From the NCBI GenBank assembly GCA_003345545.1, contig PRDH01000030.1, forward strand, positions 1 through 40,719: a stretch of 40,719 nt of DNA, given 5' to 3'. This stretch comes from Candidatus Thorarchaeota archaeon. Lineage in GTDB: Archaea > Asgardarchaeota > Thorarchaeia > Thorarchaeales > Thorarchaeaceae. Both the position numbers and the translations under genes were made by a program. The notes below the pieces were generated by a model. It did not search any database. It was not told the origin of the DNA and saw only the letters and a program-made list of their open reading frames with translations. Positions 27,841 to 37,857 of this stretch are shown in pieces; position 1 is the stretch's first letter, and each line of letters opens with the position of its first letter.

Positions 27841-28815
27841 CTACATGATATCTCTGATTGCTTGTGCGATTCTCTTGTTATCAGGAATGAAGTAGTTCTC
27901 AAGAGGCGGACTAAAGGGTACTGGTGTATCTGGTGCATTGACTCTCTTTATGGGCGCATCGAGCCAGTCAAAGGCCTCCTCTTGAACAATGGCTGCGATC
28001 TCAGCAGTGGTTGCTCCTGTCTTTGTTTCCTCTGTGACAAGCACTAGCCTGCCTGTCTTCTTGACGGACTCGATGAGCGTCTTGGTATCAAGGGGAACGA
28101 GTGTGCGCGGGTCAATCACTTCTACGCTTATTCCTTCCTTCGCTAACTCGTCAGCGACTTCCAGTGCCTTGTGGAGCATGAAGAATGTACCCCAGAGTGT
28201 GACGTCCGCTCCCTCTCTTCTAATCTTTGCCTGCCCGAATGGAATGAGGTACTCCCCGTCAGGCACTTCTTCTTTCTTGTCATATACGAGCTTGTGTTCA
28301 GCGAAGAGCACAGGATTGGGGTCTCGTATCGCGGTCTTGATGAGCCCCTTTACATCTGAAGCAAAGGCTGGCACTGCCACCTTGAGTCCTGGTGTGTGCA
28401 TGAACCATGCCTCTAGACTCTGAGAGTGATGGGACGCGATGTTCTTGCCTCCGCCAAAAGGTGTTCTTAGGACCAGTGGGACTGATGTCTGTCCTCCGAA
28501 CATATAGCGCATCTTTGCAGCTTGGTTGCATACTTGATCCATGGCCAGGGCAATCAGGTCTCCGAACATGATTTCTGCAATTGGTATCAGCCCAGTGATA
28601 GCAGCACCAATTGCTGCGCCTACGATTGTGTTCTCTGAGATTGGGGTGTCTCGTACTCTGACCTCACCGAACTCCTCTGCGAGTCCCTTCGTCACTTTGA
28701 AGGCCCCGCCCCAGTTTAGAGCGATGTCCTCCCCAAGGAGAAACACACGCTCGTCACGAAGCATCTCTTCTCTGATTCCCGCCTTGAGAGCATCCCTATA
28801 GGTCATCTCTGTCAT
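27841..28815 (-). CDS. 2-oxoacid/acetoin dehydrogenase E1 beta subunit
   Basis: GEDI, VRDTPISE, AEIMFGD, HHSQSLE, VIDPRTLVPLD. Confidence 0.93.
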   Translation of the reverse strand: MTEMTYRDALKAGIREEMLRDERVFLLGEDIALNWGGAFKVTKGLAEEFGEVRVRDTPISENTIVGAAIGAAITGLIPIAEIMFGDLIALAMDQVCNQAAKMRYMFGGQTSVPLVLRTPFGGGKNIASHHSQSLEAWFMHTPGLKVAVPAFASDVKGLIKTAIRDPNPVLFAEHKLVYDKKEEVPDGEYLIPFGQAKIRREGADVTLWGTFFMLHKALEVADELAKEGISVEVIDPRTLVPLDTKTLIESVKKTGRLVLVTEETKTGATTAEIAAIVQEEAFDWLDAPIKRVNAPDTPVPFSPPLENYFIPDNKRIAQAIRDIM

Positions 28816-29790
28816 TCAGGGCACCTCCGCGTAGACGTCTTCTAGGGCCTCTTCAGGGCTCGGATATTCCGAGTTCTTGGCGAATTCTGCAGCCTTGTCA
28901 ACTTCCTTCTGAAGAGCAGCACGGATCTTCTCGGCTTCCTTTTCAGTGATAGCGCCCTGTTCGATGGCAATCTTCTTGATGATTTGAACAGCATCCCTTT
29001 CAGGGCTGAGCCAGCGATCCGCCTCCTCCTGAGGTCGGTACTTGGCTGGATCGAATCTTGAATGGCCTTTCATTCTATATGTCTGGCACTCAATCAGAGT
29101 GGGGCCGCCACCCTCCCGTGCTCTCTTCACAGCTACTTGGGTGGCCTCATAGACCTCTAGCGCATTGTTACCATCCACTACGCCACTCGGAATGCAGTAC
29201 CCCTCTGCTCTTTGGGCTATTGTTGCACTCGGGCATGTCATCTTGATTGGTGTGCCCATTGCATAGAAATTGTTCTCCACAATCCAGACAAGGGGAAGCT
29301 TCCAGATTGCTGACATATTCAGCGACTCGCCGAATGTACCATTGTTTGAGGCGCCGTCACCGAAGAAACATACAACGACATCGTCTGTCTTCCTAATCTG
29401 ACAGGAGAGAGCTGCACCCACTGCAATTGGCAGACCTGATGCAACCACACCTGTCGCGCCAAGTACACCAACGTTGAACTGTGTAATGTGCATGGAACCT
29501 CCCTTGCCCTTGCACGAGCCTGTCTTCTTTCCGAGTAGCTCTGCGAGGGCTAAATTCATGTCCGCACCTTTTCCGACGACATGTCCATGTCCTCTGTGCG
29601 AGCTCTGAATCCAGTCCGTATCTTTCAATGCAGTAGTCACTCCAGCAGCAACACCCTCTTCTCCAAGATACAGATGAAGTGTGCCAGGCACAATATTCTC
29701 TCCAAAAAGGTTCCAAACTTTTTCCTCAAAGAGTCTGACTTTCAGAGTCCTCGTGTATAGCTCCTTGAGCGTCTTCTTGTCAATCGCCAT
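28816..29790 (-). CDS. 2-oxoacid/acetoin dehydrogenase E1 alpha subunit (TPP-dependent)
   Basis: GTLHLYLGEE, HRGHGH, GKGGSMH, FFGDGASN...ENN TPP motif, TYRMKGH. The start MAIDKK at 29790 is preferred. Confidence 0.93.
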   Translation of the reverse strand: MAIDKKTLKELYTRTLKVRLFEEKVWNLFGENIVPGTLHLYLGEEGVAAGVTTALKDTDWIQSSHRGHGHVVGKGADMNLALAELLGKKTGSCKGKGGSMHITQFNVGVLGATGVVASGLPIAVGAALSCQIRKTDDVVVCFFGDGASNNGTFGESLNMSAIWKLPLVWIVENNFYAMGTPIKMTCPSATIAQRAEGYCIPSGVVDGNNALEVYEATQVAVKRAREGGGPTLIECQTYRMKGHSRFDPAKYRPQEEADRWLSPERDAVQIIKKIAIEQGAITEKEAEKIRAALQKEVDKAAEFAKNSEYPSPEEALEDVYAEVP

Positions 29791-30157
29791 CGTCTGCTCA
29801 CAACCTAATGATGACCAAGCGCTTAGTGCCGGCCTCCTCGAATCTGAGTGATAAAGCCTTCGAATTGGCATAATGCCATTTCCTGATTTTGGCAGATGTA
29901 TGAGCAAATATGTGTGCTCACATACACAATGATGGTAATATTCGAGTTGTGCAGGAGAAGCGATAGGGATGTGGAATCTCTGACGTTGCGATAGAAGCGA
30001 TATGTCGGAAAAGGATTGGATTGGATGTCCGCATCCCTCAATTCTTTCTCATTTCATTCATTTCACTCCAAGACTTCTTAACCCGATCTGAGCTTCTCTG
30101 ATTCGTGAGTGATTCACCAGCATGCTCGACGCTGAGTGTATCTAGGAGCGTTTCCCG

Positions 30158-30949
30158 GTGCCTGAAGAAAAGATAGACCTCTTCTCGGGATTGAGTCCTG
30201 GCTATGATGGTGTCGGAGAGTTCTACGACCTATTCACAGACGATTCTGACATTCCCTTCTACATTCAGCACGCGGAAAAGATGGGCTCGCCCATCCTTGA
30301 TGTTGCGGCAGGCACTGGAAGGGTCAGTCTTGCCCTAGCTCGTGAGGGATTTGAAGTAGTTGCATTGGATTGTTCAGCCTCTATGCTTGCTGACTTTAGC
30401 CGCAAATTGCAGCAAGTCCCACTCCCAGTTTCTGGGCGCATTACGCTCATCCAGGCGAACATGGAGCAATTCAAGCTGAAGCAGAGATTCTCACTCATCA
30501 TCATCCCCCACTCGTTTAGTCACGCTATGACGACAGAGGCGCAACTTGCATGTCTCCATTGCGTTCGACAACATATGAGCGAGAATGGTCTGTTTATCCT
30601 TGATCTGTACAATCCGGAAGCGCAGTATGCGCATGCAAGATTCGAAGATCTGCCTGTAAGCATTGCGAATGGTAGAACGGTCGAGCGACATGGTGAGATA
30701 TCTTCAGATAGCGACCGCAGAATACTGCGGGTGGATCTCCAGTACATCGTCAGAAGTGCCGATGGTTCAATAGTTGAGACCGTCAAAGATACATCCGGAG
30801 CGGCCCTTATCTCCGATGTGGAGGCTGATTTGCTCATACGAAAGTCTGGCTTCGAGGTTATTTCAGAAGCGGGCGGGTTTGACAACTCGCCATACGATAC
30901 AGACAGCAGTAGAAGGATACTATTTCTAAGAAAGAAAAGGCGAAAGTAG
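30158..30949 (+). CDS. Class I SAM-dependent methyltransferase
   Basis: ILDVAAGTGR, VVALDCSASML, QANM, GLFILD. Confidence 0.88.
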   Translation: MPEEKIDLFSGLSPGYDGVGEFYDLFTDDSDIPFYIQHAEKMGSPILDVAAGTGRVSLALAREGFEVVALDCSASMLADFSRKLQQVPLPVSGRITLIQANMEQFKLKQRFSLIIIPHSFSHAMTTEAQLACLHCVRQHMSENGLFILDLYNPEAQYAHARFEDLPVSIANGRTVERHGEISSDSDRRILRVDLQYIVRSADGSIVETVKDTSGAALISDVEADLLIRKSGFEVISEAGGFDNSPYDTDSSRRILFLRKKRRK

Positions 30950-31008
30950 TGTCAAGGGCTGAGCTATCCCGCCCACGACCAGGAAGAGGTGAAGGCCTTC
31001 CCTGTCGA

Positions 31009-32250
31009 CTACTTGAGCTGTTGCGGGGGCGGGAGTGCATCTACTTTTCTGGGCTCTTCCTTGAATTGAACACCACTTTCTGACTCAATACTCTCTGTGT
31101 AGAGGGTTTCGCCTTCTACAACAGCATCTCGTTCGATGTAGATTATGCGTCCGTAGATACTGCCTACTCGGGCACGTTCCTCAATTCTGATGTCATCACC
31201 GTATAATGAGTCGGTTCTCGCACGCTCCCGTATAAGAATCTCTCTTGACTCGACGAATCCGCTCACCTCTGCACGTTTGCCAATTCTAAAACCATCTGTT
31301 GCCTTGATGTAGGAAGCAGAGATCTCTCCGCCGACTACTATTCGGAAGGTGTCTATTCTACCTTCGACTTTGACTGTTCCGCCGACCTTGATCTTGTCGT
31401 CGCATTTCAGGTTTCCATCGACTGCGACAGTTCCGCCGACATCGAGTCCCTGAGCCAGTGTGAGGTTTCCCTCTGCTTTCACGGCGCCTCCAACATCTAT
31501 TGAGTCGCCGTGAGCGTTGCCTTCTATTTTCACTGTGCCGCCTACATCGATAGCACCGAACTCGAGGTCGCCCTCTGCTCTGAAAGTTCCACCGATATCG
31601 ACATTCCTTACCTTGGAGCCAGGACCAACGCTTGCAGAGCCTCCGACATCAAGATCATCTATCACAATGGCTCCTTCTGCCTTGAAACTACCACCTACTG
31701 ATACTTTCTTGATGGCGCCGTCCACTGCTTTTCCTGAGCCGCCCGCATCTAGCTCCTCTGTTTCAATCCTGCCTCCGACTGACACAGAACCTCCGCCAGA
31801 CATTCTTTCGACCTTGCAGCGACCTCCAACTTTGACTGAGCCGCCTCCAGTCAACCTCTGCGCTTCGGCATCTCCTTCAACTGCGACAGATGCACCTGCT
31901 TTTGCAGCGATGCATTTTAGGTTGCCACCAACCCTCAATGTGGCACCGGCATCAATATCTCGGGCCTCGAGGTTGTCTTCTACCTCGATAGAGCCCTTTC
32001 TGGCATCAATGGATTTGGCAACGTAGAGACTCCCATTGACGACCACGCGGTCTCTCGTCTTCAACTCGAGTCTATCACATCGAAGGTCTCCTTCGACGGA
32101 TAGTTCCTCATAGACAATAAGCGCTCCGCCAATTGCGATTTCCTTGCTCTTCTTTGGCCTCAGTGTTCCGCAGTCCCGAATAACGACATCGCCCTCAGCT
32201 GTGTCTAGTTCGACTGCATCTTCGTTATGATATTCTAAGTTGTTGCTCAT
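31009..32250 (-). CDS. Large bactofilin-like (polymer-forming cytoskeletal) beta-helical repeat protein
   Basis: About 15 roughly 17-aa repeats of hDVGGxhxhEGxh. Confidence 0.75.
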   Translation of the reverse strand: MSNNLEYHNEDAVELDTAEGDVVIRDCGTLRPKKSKEIAIGGALIVYEELSVEGDLRCDRLELKTRDRVVVNGSLYVAKSIDARKGSIEVEDNLEARDIDAGATLRVGGNLKCIAAKAGASVAVEGDAEAQRLTGGGSVKVGGRCKVERMSGGGSVSVGGRIETEELDAGGSGKAVDGAIKKVSVGGSFKAEGAIVIDDLDVGGSASVGPGSKVRNVDIGGTFRAEGDLEFGAIDVGGTVKIEGNAHGDSIDVGGAVKAEGNLTLAQGLDVGGTVAVDGNLKCDDKIKVGGTVKVEGRIDTFRIVVGGEISASYIKATDGFRIGKRAEVSGFVESREILIRERARTDSLYGDDIRIEERARVGSIYGRIIYIERDAVVEGETLYTESIESESGVQFKEEPRKVDALPPPQQLK

Positions 32251-32297
32251 CCAGCCTTCACCTAATGATACAATCTAGTCAAACACTACCAAATTGC

Positions 32298-32340
32298 ATA
32301 TATAAGCCAAAGTCACAAAATGAAGTCACAAGTTGTGACT
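32298..32340 (-). promoter_or_regulatory. TATA box plus palindromic/direct-repeat operator upstream of the bactofilin-like gene
   Basis: Minus-strand TTATATAT at 32305-32298; perfect inverted repeat AGTCACAA-G-TTGTGACT at 32324-32340; extra AAGTCACAA copy at 32310-32318. Confidence 0.6.
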
Positions 32341-32365
32341 AGCTCTTTTTGTGTACAGAGTGCGA

Positions 32366-32704
32366 TTACATCCCGATTATGGGCTCTGGAATAGGAATGC
32401 CGACAAGTCCAGCGAGTCTCTTATAGAGCTCAAGATACTGGTGTCCTCTGACTGTCACCTTGTAGACCCTCATCCCTTCATCATCGTCCTCTTCAAGCAA
32501 TCCTCGCTCGCACAGTTCGCCGATTGACTCCTTCGCTCTGTCAACAGGCATATTTGTGGACCTTGCAGCCCTTGTGAGCGGGCAGTATCCCCAAATGTAG
32601 ACTACACGAAGTAACTCTGCGTAGATATCATATCGTGTTCGTTTCTGGAGGTCCTTCCTACTGCGTTTCGTTGGCTCCTTGAACGGGAAGTCTTCATCTG
32701 ACAT
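32366..32704 (-). CDS. Small archaeal winged-helix transcription regulator
   Basis: RTRYDIYAELL...LTRAARSTN...LCERGLL...YKVTVRGHQYLELY. Confidence 0.82.
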   Translation of the reverse strand: MSDEDFPFKEPTKRSRKDLQKRTRYDIYAELLRVVYIWGYCPLTRAARSTNMPVDRAKESIGELCERGLLEEDDDEGMRVYKVTVRGHQYLELYKRLAGLVGIPIPEPIIGM

Positions 32705-32839
32705 CTGATACCGACCACTAACCCTAGTGACTTCATCCAGATTAAAGTCTGCTGACTTGCGACAAACGAGGGCGTGTCATTATCCACCAACAACTCTTAT
32801 GACGCGCGTAGGATAATGGTGCAGTAGGCTAGGTCTACA

Positions 32840-33601
32840 TTGATAAGCTGTCTGTATATTGTCACAAGTGATGGCGACCCGCTCTATGGCAGGTCGTTTG
32901 AGGAAGACAGTCGTATCGATCTGAAGACTCTCCCTGTGTTCATCAGGAACACTGTTGTCCTGTTTCGTTCGAGTCCTAGTACCTCTTCAGACCGTGTCTA
33001 CATCTTGGAACATGAGGATAGTGTGTGGGCCTATGCATTCTTCCGGTCTTTTACGTTGGTGGCTCGTACACAACACGGACAGTATCTCGCACCAATGAAG
33101 GACATGATGATTGCACTAGGTCGTACCTTGATGAATCACTACGGTGACATGATTCGGCCGTGGAGCGGTAGTATGTCCGACGTGGTCAATCTCGATAGTA
33201 TCATTGATGAGTACACCTCACTGAATCTGACATCCCCTTCTGAACACCTCCTGAACTCCATCGACCGGCTTATTGACTTGAAAATGGAACTGCATGAGAT
33301 CTCCTTTGTCGGTGTTTTTGACTCAAGAGGAAAGATGCTACGGGGAAATGTCCCTGAAGGCCACCTCTTCAGGCTCGAGGTGGAGATTTCCCAGGGCACA
33401 ATCAAACCGGTCATGGATATTGTTCCGACAAGCGTCATATCGGGTGATCACAAGGTGCAGCTGCTTCGAGTCAAGTCGCTTACTGTCGCTGTTGCAGCAG
33501 ACCCCTCGGAGAGCACCTTGCACGCTGTGTCGGTGGTAGGAGAGCTGGCTCATTCTCTGAATGAACTGCTGTCGAGCGGGTACGACGAAAGACAAAAGTA
33601 G
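32840..33601 (+). CDS. Longin-like domain + roadblock-like domain protein
   Basis: MISCLYIVTSDGDPLYGRSF is a longin beta1-beta2 start. The second domain reads ISFVGVFDSRGKML...VQLLRVKSLTVAVAA plus a final helix. Confidence 0.6.
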   Translation: MISCLYIVTSDGDPLYGRSFEEDSRIDLKTLPVFIRNTVVLFRSSPSTSSDRVYILEHEDSVWAYAFFRSFTLVARTQHGQYLAPMKDMMIALGRTLMNHYGDMIRPWSGSMSDVVNLDSIIDEYTSLNLTSPSEHLLNSIDRLIDLKMELHEISFVGVFDSRGKMLRGNVPEGHLFRLEVEISQGTIKPVMDIVPTSVISGDHKVQLLRVKSLTVAVAADPSESTLHAVSVVGELAHSLNELLSSGYDERQK

Positions 33602-33752
33602 CTTGTCGAGGTTCTACCTTATGTCCTCGGAGAGGTTACCTGATGTTCATAGCTGGTCTGTCTGGACTCCCCATGTACATGAAGTCGAAGATGTCCGTCC
33701 TCTCGAATGTTATTGAGGCCACAAGGCGAATCAAGTCTGCTGAGGGAAGTGT

Positions 33753-34313
33753 ATGAAGAACAGAACCAAAGGGCTTGTTCAGGTCTATACTGGAAATGGC
33801 AAAGGAAAGACCACTTGTGCGCTCGGGGCTGGCCTCAGAGCTGCTGGACACGGTCTTGAGGTGTTGGTCATCTCGTTCATGAAGGCAAAGGTTGCTCAGA
33901 GAGGCGACGGAACCGATATCAACTATGGTGAGTTTCGTGCAGTTGATCTGATTCCCAATTTCACGATTATCCCGATGGGTAGGGATACCTTTGTGGATAG
34001 AGAAAATCCTGACCCAATCGATATCTCGATGGCTCAGGATGCTCTGAAGCTGGCTGAAGCGGCACTCAGGGGGCACAAGTGCGATGTGCTCATACTAGAT
34101 GAAATCAATGTCGCCGTTGAATGGAACCTCATCTCACTTGAGAAGCAACTGAATCTTATCGCTCTCAAACCGCCTGACGTTGAATTGATAATGACGGGGA
34201 GATATGCAAAGCAAGAGGTACTTGACGCTGCAGATCTTGTGACCGAGATGCGAGAGATAAAACACTATTTTGCCACCCAGAAGATGAAGGCACGAAAGGG
34301 CTTTGAATTCTGA
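33753..34313 (+). CDS. cobO: Cob(I)yrinic acid a,c-diamide / cob(I)alamin adenosyltransferase
   Basis: GLVQVYTGNGKGKTT, LILDEINVA, ELIMTGR, ADLVTEM, KHYF...ARKGFEF. Confidence 0.93.
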   Translation: MKNRTKGLVQVYTGNGKGKTTCALGAGLRAAGHGLEVLVISFMKAKVAQRGDGTDINYGEFRAVDLIPNFTIIPMGRDTFVDRENPDPIDISMAQDALKLAEAALRGHKCDVLILDEINVAVEWNLISLEKQLNLIALKPPDVELIMTGRYAKQEVLDAADLVTEMREIKHYFATQKMKARKGFEF

Positions 34314-34394
34314 TTAAGCCGGTATGCCCTCATATCGAACAGTTAATATTAGATACCACGTTCGGGGGCGTGCTTCACTACAGAGGAAAACGCC

Positions 34395-36077
34395 ATGGGT
34401 ACGGATAGGAAATCGGACGATATTGAGAAGGCATATGACAGGTGGGAGAAGGAGACCCTACATCCGCATCAGCAGAAATGTGCCGATCGTCGAAAGGAGT
34501 TTGTCACAACCTCCAGCAGGCCTGTCAAAGTGCTCTATACGCCCCTTGATGTGCCCAAGTTCGACTACATGAAGGACTTGGGATTTCCGAGTGAATATCC
34601 CTTCACGCGGGGTGTTCAGCCAACTATGTATCGTGGCCAGCTCTGGACCATGCGACAGTTTGCTGGCATGGGCACCGCTGAGGAATCAAATGAGCGGTTC
34701 AAATTCCTATTGGCAAATGGGCAGACTGGTCTTAGTGTCGCCTTTCACCTTCCCACTATCTTTGCCCGTGAGTCAGACCATCCCTACGCTCTTGGGGAGG
34801 TGGGAAAACTCGGTGTTGCTATTGACACGCTTAAGGACATGGAGATTCTCTTTTCCGGGATTCCCCTTGACAAGGTCACGACATCTATGACGATCAATGC
34901 GCCAGCGTCGATATTGCTGGCAATGTACATGGTCGCAGCAGGAAAACAGGGTGTTTCCTCTGACAAAATTGGTGGCACGATTCAGAATGATATCCTCAAG
35001 GAATATATGGCTCAGAAGTCTTGGATTCTTGCTCCAACGCCGTCACTGCGAATCATTGGTGACATCATGGAGTACTCAACAAAGCACATCCCGCGTTGGA
35101 ACACCATCTCAATCTCTGGGTACCACATCCGAGAGGCAGGGTCCACAGCGGCCCAGGAGCTTGCGTTCACACTTCTCAACGGTATGGAGTATGTGAAGGT
35201 CGGCATGAAGCATGGCCTTGACATCGATACCTTTGCGCCCCGTCTGTCCTTCTTCTTCAATGCTCACAATGACATCTTCGAAGAAGTCGCGAAGTATCGT
35301 GCTGCGCGTAGGATCTGGGCTCGTGAGATGAAGGAAACCTTCGGAGCCAAGAATGAGCGCTCGCTGTGGATGCGGTTTCACACTCAGACTGCTGGATGCT
35401 CACTCACTGCTCAACAGCCAATGCTCAATGTTGTGAGAACCGCCTATCAGGCTTTAGCGGCAGTCCTTGGTGGTACACAGTCGCTCCACACAAACAGCAT
35501 GGATGAGGCGCTCTGTCTTCCCACAGAGGATGCGGTGCGTGTAGCCCTCAGGACACAGCAAGTCCTCGCCCATGAGAGTGGTGCTGCCAATACGATAGAC
35601 CCCCTAGCCGGCTCATATTATGTGGAGTCTCTGACCAATACGATGGAAGAGGAGGCCTACCACTACTTTGAAAGAGTTGAAGCACTAGGAGGCGTCGTAG
35701 ATGCCATCGAGAAAGGATTCTTCCAGAGGGAAATTGCCGAGGCGTCATATCGCTACCAAAAGGAAGTTGAGAGTGGAGACCGCATAATCGTCGGTGTCAA
35801 CGAGTATGTTCTCGAGGGCGAAGACCTGACTATTCCTGTGCTCAGGATAGATCCCAAAGTGGAACGAAAACAGATTGCACGTCTGCACAAGACGAAGCGC
35901 GACCGTGATAATATGAAGGTTCAGAAGGCTTTGGACGGTCTTCGGAAGGCTTCCGAGGGCACTGAGAATGTTATGCCTCACATCGTGAACTGCGTCAAGG
36001 AGTATGCCTCTGTTGGTGAAATCTTTGATGTCTGGCGCGAGTTGTGGGGTGAATGGGAAGAGCCGAAGATTTTCTAG
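34395..36077 (+). CDS. B12-dependent acyl-CoA mutase large (substrate-binding) subunit, isobutyryl-CoA mutase-type active site
   Basis: [42 protein letters not shown]; F89 and Q207; no DxHxxG B12-binding domain. Confidence 0.9.
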   Translation: MGTDRKSDDIEKAYDRWEKETLHPHQQKCADRRKEFVTTSSRPVKVLYTPLDVPKFDYMKDLGFPSEYPFTRGVQPTMYRGQLWTMRQFAGMGTAEESNERFKFLLANGQTGLSVAFHLPTIFARESDHPYALGEVGKLGVAIDTLKDMEILFSGIPLDKVTTSMTINAPASILLAMYMVAAGKQGVSSDKIGGTIQNDILKEYMAQKSWILAPTPSLRIIGDIMEYSTKHIPRWNTISISGYHIREAGSTAAQELAFTLLNGMEYVKVGMKHGLDIDTFAPRLSFFFNAHNDIFEEVAKYRAARRIWAREMKETFGAKNERSLWMRFHTQTAGCSLTAQQPMLNVVRTAYQALAAVLGGTQSLHTNSMDEALCLPTEDAVRVALRTQQVLAHESGAANTIDPLAGSYYVESLTNTMEEEAYHYFERVEALGGVVDAIEKGFFQREIAEASYRYQKEVESGDRIIVGVNEYVLEGEDLTIPVLRIDPKVERKQIARLHKTKRDRDNMKVQKALDGLRKASEGTENVMPHIVNCVKEYASVGEIFDVWRELWGEWEEPKIF

Positions 36078-36172
36078 AGTATTGGCACAATATGGATGTA
36101 ATCTACAAATCATCCGGACTAACATCCAGAAAGTGTTATCTGGGGGATTGAGATGGGTATTACGGGAGTCTC

Positions 36173-37753
36173 ATGTTTGGCGCTATGGCTGACCATTATT
36201 CCCCACCTTCTAGGGATGAGCTGTATTTCACAAGTCATGTGCCCACTCAGATAATGACTGGATTTGCTATTCCTGGCCTGTTCTTCATGGCATTCCTGCT
36301 ATATGTGTCAGCACCAATGTTCTACTATGTTTTCCTGCTTCTCTATTTTCTATTCATACCTCTCCCATGGTACATATATTCCTATAGAAAAAGCAACACA
36401 CCCCTCTACGACACAGACATCCAGTCAATTGTTTCTGGTGCCGAATCGAAACTTGGCGTATCTAGAAGAATAAAGCTCTATCGCACTGAGAAGAAGTCCA
36501 ATCTTCTTACTAGTGCTCGAACTCCTTTTGTGTGTGGGATTCTGTTGTCTGACAGGGCTGTTGAACTGATCAAAGAACGACCAGGCGAAGGTGAAATAGT
36601 CTTAGCTCACGAACTTGCGCTTCTCAAACGTGATCATCTCTGGTTGGCTTCTGTCAGGAACCTTGCAGTGGTTTTCTATGCCATTCTAACTGAGGGATTG
36701 ATTCTTGTCATTGAACCTCTGCTCCCGTTATTGAGTCAACCTACACCGTGGATTTTCTTCTCGGTCTTATGCTATCCTTTTGGTGTCGGCATCTTCATCC
36801 GGTACTGCCGAAAATCTGCGGCAGAACTTGAAATTGAATTAGTCTATGGCATGAATCCTCAATTGGCTATGTTTCACGTCTTCTCAAGAAAAGGAATGAG
36901 CGATGCTGGAAGAAGATTCTACGTTGATGAAATCCGGTCTAGCATAGAGTCACGTAAATCGAGAACAGCCTTCGTTTCTCTTGGTGTTACCCTGATTGCC
37001 TCTCTCTGCGTATCAGCTCTGGTCTATCTCATTTTCATCACGATTCTGATGCCTCTCGAATTTGCGATATTAGCATCACTGCTACTTGGAGGTCTGTCCT
37101 TTTCCTTTGGTGTTTATCACTTTGAATCCAAGGGGACTAAAGGATTGAAGCGGCCAAACTATTCCGTGGCTGATTTGCCAAGGTCGACAGATGCTGTATC
37201 AGTTGAGGTCGAGAGGATCTTATCCATGAAAGTGAGTATCCCTGATTGTAGAGTTTTTCGTTACTCATTTGATGATTATTCAGTGGAAGATGAAGAATCT
37301 GGGTACATGGAAGCCCAAATTGGGGATGATAGAATACTGATAGAGCAAGAGGAATGGGATGGACTTCGTGAACCCGAGTTAATTGCATCATATCTAGTCG
37401 GAGGGTACACCGAGAGAAAAGCTGGAATCAGCTCAAATCTATACTCCTTTGTCCTCCTAGCCACCTTGGTATTACTTCTTTCAGGTACTGTCTATCTGGC
37501 ACTAGTACGTGTGCCACACTTTACGACATTTATCTTTTGGATATTGTTCTGCGGGGTTTCGGCTGCGTTGTTCCTGTTCGCCCTTAATACTAGGTCAACT
37601 CATAGGAGAACGATAGCTCTGAGAGGCCTCGCAAGACGAGATGAGAATTACAGAAGAGCGTTGGAGAAACTTGCTGAGAGTAAGAATATACCCAAGTATG
37701 TACAACGAAGCGCGAAACGGGCACTAGTCAGAATAACATCAGTACAAAGGTAG
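36173..37753 (+). CDS. Polytopic membrane protein, M48/HtpX-like fold with a degenerate zinc motif
   Basis: Multiple TM helices; ILLSDRAVEL...EIVLAHELALLK (HExxH changed to HELAL). Confidence 0.6.
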   Translation: MFGAMADHYSPPSRDELYFTSHVPTQIMTGFAIPGLFFMAFLLYVSAPMFYYVFLLLYFLFIPLPWYIYSYRKSNTPLYDTDIQSIVSGAESKLGVSRRIKLYRTEKKSNLLTSARTPFVCGILLSDRAVELIKERPGEGEIVLAHELALLKRDHLWLASVRNLAVVFYAILTEGLILVIEPLLPLLSQPTPWIFFSVLCYPFGVGIFIRYCRKSAAELEIELVYGMNPQLAMFHVFSRKGMSDAGRRFYVDEIRSSIESRKSRTAFVSLGVTLIASLCVSALVYLIFITILMPLEFAILASLLLGGLSFSFGVYHFESKGTKGLKRPNYSVADLPRSTDAVSVEVERILSMKVSIPDCRVFRYSFDDYSVEDEESGYMEAQIGDDRILIEQEEWDGLREPELIASYLVGGYTERKAGISSNLYSFVLLATLVLLLSGTVYLALVRVPHFTTFIFWILFCGVSAALFLFALNTRSTHRRTIALRGLARRDENYRRALEKLAESKNIPKYVQRSAKRALVRITSVQR

Positions 37754-37857
37754 TTGTGCTGGCCCGGTAAGGTCAAAATGACTAGTTGCGTCGCGAGCAT
37801 TGTATCGCATAAATTAATACGGCATGGCCGCTCACGTGTGCTTAGGAGTGGATACAC

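Noticed and set aside
29791-30157. N-terminal extension of E1 alpha and the short ORF 29823-30041
   Set aside because: No homology signal; more likely a divergent promoter region.
31009-32250. Repeats as a DNA-level tandem array or CRISPR
   Set aside because: The repetition is at protein level with synonymous variation; there is no identical repeat-spacer structure.
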